From the IMG/VR virus record IMGVR_UViG_3300037116_000299, positions 62,001-126,000 of that record: DNA of 64,000 bases; one strand, given 5' to 3'. The position numbers and the translations under genes were made by a program. The notes below the pieces were generated by a model. The model saw only the letters and a program-made list of their open reading frames with translations. It did not search any database and was not told the origin of the DNA. Shown in pieces: positions 19,616 through 26,441 of the stretch; the first letter of the stretch is position 1; every line of letters begins with the position of its first letter.

Positions 19616-19782
19616 GGGCTAAAGATACACTGGGTTGATATAAATGTCAACCCAGATTGTATGCCCTCGATACAAGGCCCCGTACCTCGGTTCGAGTCGG
19701 GCTTGCGAACTCCTTTGGGTTCAGATTCGGGGGTTCAATTCCAGTCCTTTGAGCTTGATTGGAAACGTCTTGTAATGCTCTC

Positions 19783-19858
19783 CGAATCCCTGGAGAGGAT
19801 CGAACTCTCGACCACCGACGCCACAGGTCGGCGCTCTACCAGCTGAGCTACGGGCAAC
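19783..19858 (-). pseudogene. tRNA-His(GTG) with destroyed 3' acceptor strand
   Basis: G-1, D, anticodon (CCGAC-CTGTGGC-GTCGG) and T arms intact; 3' strand is CAGGGAT instead of CGGGCAA; no CCA. Confidence 0.75.
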
Positions 19859-19865
19859 ACATTTG

Positions 19866-20186
19866 TTAGAGAGGGATGATTGGCAACCCTGCTCCGAAGT
19901 TGTTCTCCTGGTACCCACCGCCGGCGCGATCGCCTTCGCTCTGGATACCGCCAGGCACCGCAATAGCGACTGGGTCGGGTTCGGCGACTGCTGTCGCGGC
20001 CGCCATACGCGCCAGGATGTTGGCGCCCAGATCGTCCTGCTCGCCCTGCTCGAAGGTGTTGGGGAAGTTCTGCAGCGATTCGTGGAACTTCTGCTGTGCG
20101 TACTCCCACTCAAGATCCGTAAAGGTTACCTGTCGTCCCATGATGCTCCTTCTTTCAAATCGAATTGCAGCGGTAAGGTCTTCCAC
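19866..20186 (-). CDS. hypothetical protein (likely start MGRQVT)
   Basis: ORF with AGGAG SD before MGRQ. Confidence 0.5.
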   Translation of the reverse strand: MEDLTAAIRFERRSIMGRQVTFTDLEWEYAQQKFHESLQNFPNTFEQGEQDDLGANILARMAAATAVAEPDPVAIAVPGGIQSEGDRAGGGYQENNFGAGLPIIPL

Positions 20187-20310
20187 CCTGTACGCCGGTT
20201 TGCTCCCACCGTGTAGGGATCACAAAGCCATTGTTGGCAAGGTAGCCACGGCATTACACGCATAGTCTTGACCAGACCGGGATTCGGGCTATGCGCGTCC
20301 GCTGCAAACT

Positions 20311-20385
20311 TGGTGTCGCCACCGGGACTTGAACCCGGATTACCGCCGTGAAAGGGCAGCCTCCTAACCATTGGAGGATGGCGAC
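20311..20385 (-). tRNA. tRNA-Glu(TTC)
   Basis: GTCGCCA/TGGCGAC acceptor, CTGCC-CTTTCAC-GGCGG, GGTTCAAGTCC, CCA. Confidence 0.92.
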
Positions 20386-20554
20386 AAACTTCAATGCTTG
20401 ACCGTTCCCGTGTGGAACGTAACGATCACATCGGCAATGAGCATTTCCTTGATCTGGCTCTCGATCGTTCCCGCCAGACACTTCAGCCACACATCTTCGC
20501 TCATCAGCTTCGGCGGCTCACCGTTGACTTCGATGGTTGCAACGAATAGGGCCT

Positions 20555-21094
20555 TCATGCGGCAAGCTCCTGGGGCACCGCGGCTCCTTGCCGCGCTGCC
20601 TTCTTGACCGAACTCACATCGGCCCGGGTGATGCGATACCGCTTCACCAACTTCTGGGTCCAGTGCTTATTCTTGTCCAGAACCAGTTTGTACGCACAAG
20701 CAATGATGTGCTCTGGCGTAATGCTGGTGCAAACGACTTTCTGACCATTCCAGTCGAAGCGATAACAAACGAAGACACGCTTGTTGTCGATGATGAAAGG
20801 CTTCCGCTCTTGCCAATGCTCATAAGCATGGCAAGCGGTCATGTTCCCTACCTCGACTGCTGCCTTGTAGAACATCTCGTGGCTACAGCCAATCCAATAT
20901 CCGGCCCGGAAGTCATCAAAGAATCGGTTGAAGTCAGTCAGGCCGAATCGCATGCCGCTGGTGACTGCTAGCCGAACCGCCGTATTCATCGACTGATTGA
21001 TCCGGATGTAGGCGAAGTCTGTGGCCTGCTGGCTCTTCTGCCATACGTGCAGGCATAAGCTGTACGCCGCGCTGTTTCTCTTGCAAGTCTTCAT
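20555..21094 (-). CDS. hypothetical phage protein
   Basis: ORF MKTCKRNS...QELAA with AGGAG SD. Confidence 0.6.
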   Translation of the reverse strand: MKTCKRNSAAYSLCLHVWQKSQQATDFAYIRINQSMNTAVRLAVTSGMRFGLTDFNRFFDDFRAGYWIGCSHEMFYKAAVEVGNMTACHAYEHWQERKPFIIDNKRVFVCYRFDWNGQKVVCTSITPEHIIACAYKLVLDKNKHWTQKLVKRYRITRADVSSVKKAARQGAAVPQELAA

Positions 21095-21108
21095 GATTCT
21101 CCTAAAAG

Positions 21109-21186
21109 TGGTCAGTGTGGAAGGATTTGAACCCCCGACCTCGCTCTCCAAATGAGCGCGCTCTAACCGGACCGAGCTACACACTG
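21109..21186 (-). tRNA. tRNA with Pro-type body; loop ATTTGGA reads TTG (Gln) in the standard register
   Basis: CAGTGTG/CACACTG acceptor, A73, CCA; arm CGCTC-ATTTGGA-GAGCG. Confidence 0.8.
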
Positions 21187-21193
21187 ATGTTTG

Positions 21194-21481
21194 TTACTGC
21201 TGCGAACCCCAGCGTTCTTCGCCGGCATTCTTGTCGACGGCACCTTCGCCGTGATAGCGTTCGACCTCTTCCTGCAGGGCGTCGACGAACTCCTGAATCC
21301 GGTTCAGCGGGATCTGCATGTAGCAGGTTGCAACCCCACCGGTTCCATTGAGTGGCCGGATCTCAACAAAGGGCGGATCACCGGCGGACTGAAACGTCCG
21401 AAAGTCCAAACCTGTGGTCTTTCCTTTACCACCGCCACCATAGCAAGTATGCCGGGGTCTACCAAAGTGAACTCGCCTCAT
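21194..21481 (-). CDS. hypothetical protein
   Basis: ORF coupled to neighbour. Confidence 0.5.
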   Translation of the reverse strand: MRRVHFGRPRHTCYGGGGKGKTTGLDFRTFQSAGDPPFVEIRPLNGTGGVATCYMQIPLNRIQEFVDALQEEVERYHGEGAVDKNAGEERWGSQQ

Positions 21482-21684
21482 TTGAGCGCCTTTGCAAATG
21501 CCATATCGTCGGCATTGGCTTTCTCGGTAAGGACAATGCCCCAGTCGTCGCGGATCTCGCGGATCACGTGTTCAGGAGTTATATTGGCTCGAACGCACTC
21601 CTCGACGATGTCGTAGATGCGGTCCTCAAGACCGCTCGGCCGGACAACCTGAAAGCTTGCGGTCATTCCTAACGGTTTACTCAT
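21478..21684 (-). CDS. hypothetical protein
   Basis: ORF with GGAGG SD. Confidence 0.55.
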   Translation of the reverse strand: MSKPLGMTASFQVVRPSGLEDRIYDIVEECVRANITPEHVIREIRDDWGIVLTEKANADDMAFAKALK

Positions 21685-21803
21685 TTAGAACGATCCTCCC
21701 CAGAAGTATGCCCAGGCCCGGCCACGCGTGACTCTCACGCACAACGAGTTGCGAAACCCTCCAGCGCGATACCAATTGCGCTTGGCTATCCTCATGTACC
21801 CCA

Positions 21804-22157
21804 TCATGGCTTCGGCTCAACCTTCGTGGATGCGTTGTACGCATCCTCGAGCAGCTTCCACTGTGCTGGCTTGGTGTGGTGTTCGCGACAAGGTGCTTGG
21901 TATAAGACCGTGCCGTAGTTCGCGCCGATCGCGACCAGGGTTGTGATATCTGCGTTGTGAGTCTCGATCACGGTAGCGGCATTCACATGATTGCCGGCCT
22001 TGACATAGGAGCTGATTGAGCACTTACGGCCGCTCACGATCTTCTCTAAGAGCGCACGTTCCCGGATCACCTTGACTAACTTCCTGCCGAACTCTGGATC
22101 ACCCTCGATCTGGGTCAAAGCGTCATTCAGAATCAGAACTGTGGTGTTCAATCCCAT
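21804..22157 (-). CDS. hypothetical phage protein
   Basis: MGLNTTVLILNDAL..IE.DPEFG...HNAD pattern; SD present. Confidence 0.6.
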   Translation of the reverse strand: MGLNTTVLILNDALTQIEGDPEFGRKLVKVIRERALLEKIVSGRKCSISSYVKAGNHVNAATVIETHNADITTLVAIGANYGTVLYQAPCREHHTKPAQWKLLEDAYNASTKVEPKP

Positions 22158-22370
22158 CGGACTCCTTTTTCTTGTCTTCTAAGCTGTCGACATACGCATC
22201 CATCGCTGACCAGTCAACAGCCAGTGGATCGTGACAAAGCGCCGCGATGCCTCCGAAGAGCACGGCAATGATGGCAAGGAACTCAAGTAACTCGCGCATG
22301 ACGATGCCTTTCTGGGATCACCTTGGCTACGGTAACGCACATAGCCAGGGCAAACCCTAAGTTGAAACTC

Positions 22371-22739
22371 TTACCACCAGACACTCACCTTGACGATGGA
22401 GGTCTGGGGATTGAAGTGATGCTTACGGAGGAACTGCTTGTACTCCTCGATCGCTTCTTCGACGGTGGGCTTGACACCCTTGCGCGCTTCGATGAACTTG
22501 GTGACGGCTGCATGGTCGCCGCCTCCGAAGGTAGTGCCCAGTGAGAAGATGCGCTCTTCGAAGAAGGCGCGCTGTTCGGCCGTGACCTTCGCCGGATCGA
22601 TGTCATCGATGCTGATGCTGTGGGTCAGGTCATTACCGGTGCCCCGCGTCAGCATGAACATCAGGTGATAAATCGGTGGGGTCACATCGTCGTCGTACAC
22701 GTCAAAGCAGGGTTCAGCCTTCATTACTTTCCGTCCCAT
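22371..22739 (-). CDS. hypothetical protein
   Basis: ORF overlapping the SpoU gene. Confidence 0.55.
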   Translation of the reverse strand: MGRKVMKAEPCFDVYDDDVTPPIYHLMFMLTRGTGNDLTHSISIDDIDPAKVTAEQRAFFEERIFSLGTTFGGGDHAAVTKFIEARKGVKPTVEEAIEEYKQFLRKHHFNPQTSIVKVSVWW

Positions 22740-23317
22740 CCAAGTACATCAATCTCGCTGGTATAGCCACGCGTCTCGTGCAGCATCTGACTCAGCGGAA
22801 CAATCTCTTCCACGCCGGAAAGCTGGCGTTTCATACGACGATCACCCAGGATCAGGTTCACAGCCTGCGACAGATTGAGGCAATGGTGTGTCGGGATGTG
22901 AACGAACTGATGGCAGAAGCGGCGAATCACCTGCTTCACGCTTCCATCTTCCGGCCCGAACACGTACACCGCATTCTCAGGATGCTCGAAGGTAGTCAAT
23001 GGCACGCTGTTCTCGACCAACTCGATGCACACCGGGATCACTCCCTCGGGAAGCAGATCGAACGGACGCTCCGTTCGCTGCCAGTGCACGTCCTTGTAGC
23101 CCTTCATGCGTTCTTCCCGCGGCAGACGATCCATCTGCTCAGGAACAACGCGGCTTCCGGTCCATAGCAAAGTCGGAACACCCCAGCAGGAGCAAGCTCG
23201 GATCACACCGGCCATGTTGTGCGAGTATTTCGGGTTGTTGAGGATCACGGCAGGCACGTCGACACGCGTCTTGGCCTTGGGGATGTTCGGGTTCACTGCA
23301 TTCGCTAACATGTTCAC
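22724..23317 (-). CDS. SpoU/TrmH-family (SPOUT) RNA methyltransferase
   Basis: NPKYSHNMAGVIRAC, YVFGPEDGS, IP...CLNLSQAV. Confidence 0.88.
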   Translation of the reverse strand: MNMLANAVNPNIPKAKTRVDVPAVILNNPKYSHNMAGVIRACSCWGVPTLLWTGSRVVPEQMDRLPREERMKGYKDVHWQRTERPFDLLPEGVIPVCIELVENSVPLTTFEHPENAVYVFGPEDGSVKQVIRRFCHQFVHIPTHHCLNLSQAVNLILGDRRMKRQLSGVEEIVPLSQMLHETRGYTSEIDVLGWDGK

Positions 23318-24045
23318 TCCGGGTAACAGACGGTGTTGTAGGACTTCAGGATCAGTTTGTGGCTGTTCCCTCCGGCCGTATAGTGCGTGATCGAACAGTT
23401 CTTGACGTCGTCGTTGGCATCAACATCGAGATACTGTTCCTCGGTCCAGCGCTCCAGCAGCTTGCGGAGCACCAGCACCACAACGCTGTGGGTGACCACC
23501 AGGACCTTCTCGCCGGCGTAGTCGCGGCTCAGGGTGCCCAGAATGCTGTGAAGCCGCATGCCGACGTCCGGGCGCGACTCCCCGCCAGGTGGGCGATACC
23601 AATACTTGCCCTCTTTGTTCCGCCGGGTGACTTCCTCCGGATACTTCGCCTGCAGACCCTCACGGGTCAGCCCGTCGAAGATGCCGAACTCGATCTCGCG
23701 CAGCCGTTCGTCCTCGACGACCTTGATGCCCGGCCGAAAGCGCTCGAGGCCCGCCTTGTTCTCTACGCCCAGGCCCTTGAGGATCTGGTCAGTTGTCTGC
23801 TTGGTGCGCAGATAGGGCGAGGTGAGCACGACGTCGAACGGGTAGAGGTTGCGCAGCTCCACACCTACGTGGAGCGCCTGGCCGAAGCCCAGGGGCGTCA
23901 GGGGTGTGTCCTGGTCCCGGATGTCGCCCACGTAGGACTTCAGCAGGCCTTTGGCCTTCGCCTGTTCCTTCTCTACGTTGCGCTGGGACTGGCCGTGGCG
24001 AACAATCACCAGGTCGGTGGGCCATTTCATGTCGGTAGGTAACAT
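23314..24045 (-). CDS. histidine phosphatase (phosphoglycerate mutase family)
   Basis: IVRHGQS, SPYLRT, LREIEFG, PPGGES, VVTH. Confidence 0.92.
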   Translation of the reverse strand: MLPTDMKWPTDLVIVRHGQSQRNVEKEQAKAKGLLKSYVGDIRDQDTPLTPLGFGQALHVGVELRNLYPFDVVLTSPYLRTKQTTDQILKGLGVENKAGLERFRPGIKVVEDERLREIEFGIFDGLTREGLQAKYPEEVTRRNKEGKYWYRPPGGESRPDVGMRLHSILGTLSRDYAGEKVLVVTHSVVVLVLRKLLERWTEEQYLDVDANDDVKNCSITHYTAGGNSHKLILKSYNTVCYPE

Positions 24046-24067
24046 TCAATTCCTCGGGTAAAGCGGT

Positions 24068-24153
24068 TGGCAGGGGTGACAGGATTCGAACCTGCAGTGA
24101 CTTGCGTCGGCGGTTTTGGAGACCGCTGGGCCGAACCGTTGCCCCTCACCCCT
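24068..24153 (-). tRNA. tRNA-Trp(CCA) with long variable arm
   Basis: AGGGGTG/CACCCCT, G73, CCA; GCGGT-CTCCAAA-ACCGC; variable arm GAC-GCAA-GTC. Confidence 0.82.
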
Positions 24154-24402
24154 GTGGGTTGGTGACCGATACTTGATACCGCGCCTCGGATCAGGACGCC
24201 ATTCACCATTACTGCCATTTTCAACACATGCTGAAACAGAACAATCGGGTGAAACACCTAAGAAGGGAGGCGGGAGTTGCGCCCGCCGGTCGCGCCAACC
24301 CGTTCTGCTCAACGGACAGCCTGTAGCAACCATCGGAGTAGCAGCTCCGGTTGCATGCGTTGGACCGATACTTAGAGTCGCCTCGGTCTCCAGGGCGCTG
24401 CT

Positions 24403-24479
24403 TGGTGGCGGTGCGTGGACTTGAACCACGGACCTCGACGTTATGAGTGTCGCGCTCTAACCAGCTGAGCTACACCGCC
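24403..24479 (-). tRNA. tRNA(CAT), Met or Ile2
   Basis: GGCGGTG/CACCGCC acceptor, loop CTCATAA, CCA. Confidence 0.9.
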
Positions 24480-24681
24480 GAACTTGGTGGAGCCTGTTGC
24501 CATCCTCCCGCAGGTGACGGCCCGCGCGGCCCCATGGAGGTTCAAAGAGGTGCAGGGAGGGGTGTTCTCACGTCCCAAGGGATCTACACCGTGCGAGCGT
24601 CAAAGACGTGAGTGTGTCACGACTCGAACAGAAAGATCCTTACCCTGCGTGATGTGAGCACCACTCAGTGCTCACTAAGAT

Positions 24682-24757
24682 TGGCTGACGAGGCAGGGGT
24701 CGAACCTGCGACCAACGCCTTAACAGGGCGCCGCTCTACCAACTGAGCTACTCGTCA
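24682..24757 (-). tRNA. tRNA-Asn(GTT)
   Basis: TGACGAG/CTCGTCA, G73, GCGCC-CTGTTAA-GGCGT, CCA. Confidence 0.92.
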
Positions 24758-24767
24758 TCGTGGTGCT

Positions 24768-24800
24768 AAAACGACAAAACCCTCGGGGTTAGCCGAGGGT
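24768..24800 (-). terminator. intrinsic terminator/attenuator upstream of the tRNA cluster
   Basis: CCCTCGG-CTAACC-CCGAGGG followed by TTTTGTCGTTTT. Confidence 0.65.
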
Positions 24801-24933
24801 GCGTAGTCACGATCTTGCGATCGACTACGGATCCCCGGCGTCACCATTCATCGGATTCCACTGCGCGGATTGGGTCACGGGGATCATCTTCACTGTCTAG
24901 TATAGAAGATCACAGCCCCATCGCATAATCCAG

Positions 24934-25194
24934 CTAGCTCGGACGTTCCTTGAGCGTCTTGACCGTCGCCTCCAGGGCGTAGCCGAAGCGACGATCGTTC
25001 ATGTCCAGACCCTGATCGGCCAGGTTCATGAGGAACCACTCCAGCGTGTCCGCAGACTCGTAGCTGATCTCGGTGTCCAGGTTCGACGAGATGGTGGCCA
25101 CCTTGTTCGGCGTGCCCGGCTCGTGATCCTTGGTTCGGTCGTTGACACCGATCTTGACTCCGAACGGCAGGTCGTAACTGATCAACTCACTCAT
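24934..25194 (-). CDS. hypothetical protein
   Basis: ORF in gene train. Confidence 0.55.
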   Translation of the reverse strand: MSELISYDLPFGVKIGVNDRTKDHEPGTPNKVATISSNLDTEISYESADTLEWFLMNLADQGLDMNDRRFGYALEATVKTLKERPS

Positions 25195-25823
25195 TTGCTG
25201 ACTTGCTCCTTCATTCCGATTTCATCCTGCCAGTCCGGTCCGGAAAGGTAGTCTTCGAGCCAGGTCCGCTGATCCCCACGAGCCTGCGGGGATGCCATCG
25301 CGGTAACCCGAAGAATGCACCAATTGGGATGGTCAGCGTAATGCTGCGTTCCCACGCCAATGGCCATGCTCTCGGAGTAAACTCCAGTTTCCCGGGTCAC
25401 CTTCGATTGAAAGAACACCAGCTTGTTATTGGCGATGTCCCGCTTGATCAGCCAGGTCTGGGGATCCGGGTAATTGACGACCAGCGCCTGCTTGGCCGCT
25501 TTCTCGATCGCATACTGTAGGGCATCCGAGAACTGTTCGTGCAGGGTCTCCCTGTTCGATGGGAAGTCCACACGAGATCCGGTGGGATCGTACAGATCGA
25601 CTCCGCCGCCTTCACGCTCGATCTCGAGTGTGATGCCCCAGTCTTCAGGCAGGCACTGAGCGCATCCCTGAATGATGGCATGCAAGCGGTCTGGGTCGCC
25701 GCTCTGGCGGACCAGGCGGCCGTGCTTGGAATGCGGCGCCGGAATGACTGTTGGCCATCCGTCGGCGATACCGGGAGCGAACGCACGTTCTTCAGTCCTA
25801 TACCAGGTTTGTTCTGACATCAT
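25191..25823 (-). CDS. hypothetical protein
   Basis: ORF in gene train. Confidence 0.55.
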   Translation of the reverse strand: MMSEQTWYRTEERAFAPGIADGWPTVIPAPHSKHGRLVRQSGDPDRLHAIIQGCAQCLPEDWGITLEIEREGGGVDLYDPTGSRVDFPSNRETLHEQFSDALQYAIEKAAKQALVVNYPDPQTWLIKRDIANNKLVFFQSKVTRETGVYSESMAIGVGTQHYADHPNWCILRVTAMASPQARGDQRTWLEDYLSGPDWQDEIGMKEQVSK

Positions 25824-26071
25824 TTCCTCGATCCGCCCAACGGTTTGCCATCACGGCCAAGCGGCGCCGGATAAGGCATTTCCATGTAATAGTTGATCTC
25901 GTCAAACAGCACGCCGAGATCGGAACCGTCCACATCAGAGATCAGGGCACTATCCTCGCCGTCGATCGTGATGTGCTTGATGGTCAGAACCCGGCTGCAC
26001 AGTTCCTCATCCGGGTCATGCCAGAACACCTTGTCGCCAGGCTTCAGCTTTGCCACTTGGTCTGCGGTCAT
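25820..26071 (-). CDS. hypothetical phage protein
   Basis: LKPGDKVFWHDPDEELCSR motif. Confidence 0.55.
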   Translation of the reverse strand: MTADQVAKLKPGDKVFWHDPDEELCSRVLTIKHITIDGEDSALISDVDGSDLGVLFDEINYYMEMPYPAPLGRDGKPLGGSRK

Positions 26072-26073
26072 GG

Positions 26074-26298
26074 CTACTCTTCCTCGTCTTCCTCGACGTC
26101 TTCGTCGAGGGTGGTGCCAAAGCTGTCCACCAGATCGGTCAGGTCCACGTTGTTGATGGCCTCGGACCGAAGGTAGGTGATCGCGGCATTCTGCATCTCG
26201 ACGCCGGCATCGTGCTCGGCATCGCCGGAGTCGCCATTCTTGACCCGGTTGTATACGACGATCGCTTCGAGCAGGTCCTTCGCTAACTCGTTACTCAT
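26074..26298 (-). CDS. small acidic protein
   Basis: ORF with SD and acidic tail. Confidence 0.55.
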   Translation of the reverse strand: MSNELAKDLLEAIVVYNRVKNGDSGDAEHDAGVEMQNAAITYLRSEAINNVDLTDLVDSFGTTLDEDVEEDEEE

Positions 26299-26312
26299 CT
26301 CATTCTCCTAGT

Positions 26313-26436
26313 GGGGCCGGGCAGGATTCGAACCTGCGACCTACGGGTTTGCTCGGCTTTAGCCAGTTGCTGGTTGACCCAACGTGTGGATTGCCTTCAG
26401 TTGGCCCGCTGTTCTAACCGCTGAACTACCGGCCCC
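26313..26436 (-). ncRNA. tRNA-like RNA with a 57-nt structured insert replacing the anticodon loop
   Basis: Intact acceptor, D, anticodon-stem and T arms; insert at 26348-26404; no encoded CCA. Confidence 0.8.
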
Positions 26437-26441
26437 ATGAA

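Larger units (their letters stand above)
14050..19785. mobile_element. horizontally acquired lower-GC island adjoining damaged tRNA-His
   Basis: Visibly more AT-rich with longer genes; 14-bp repeat GGGTTCAATTCCAG at 14380 and 19731; disrupted genes at both ends; no integrase seen. Confidence 0.6.

Noticed and set aside
24361-24401. Theta (HDV-like) ribozyme after tRNA(CAT)
   Set aside because: The position fits, but no P3/L3 or P1.1 elements could be built; kept only as a generic pseudoknot
26348-26404. Group I intron or hammerhead in the tRNA insert
   Set aside because: Too short for a group I core; CTGAAGG and GCAAA do not match the hammerhead CUGANGA/GAAA core
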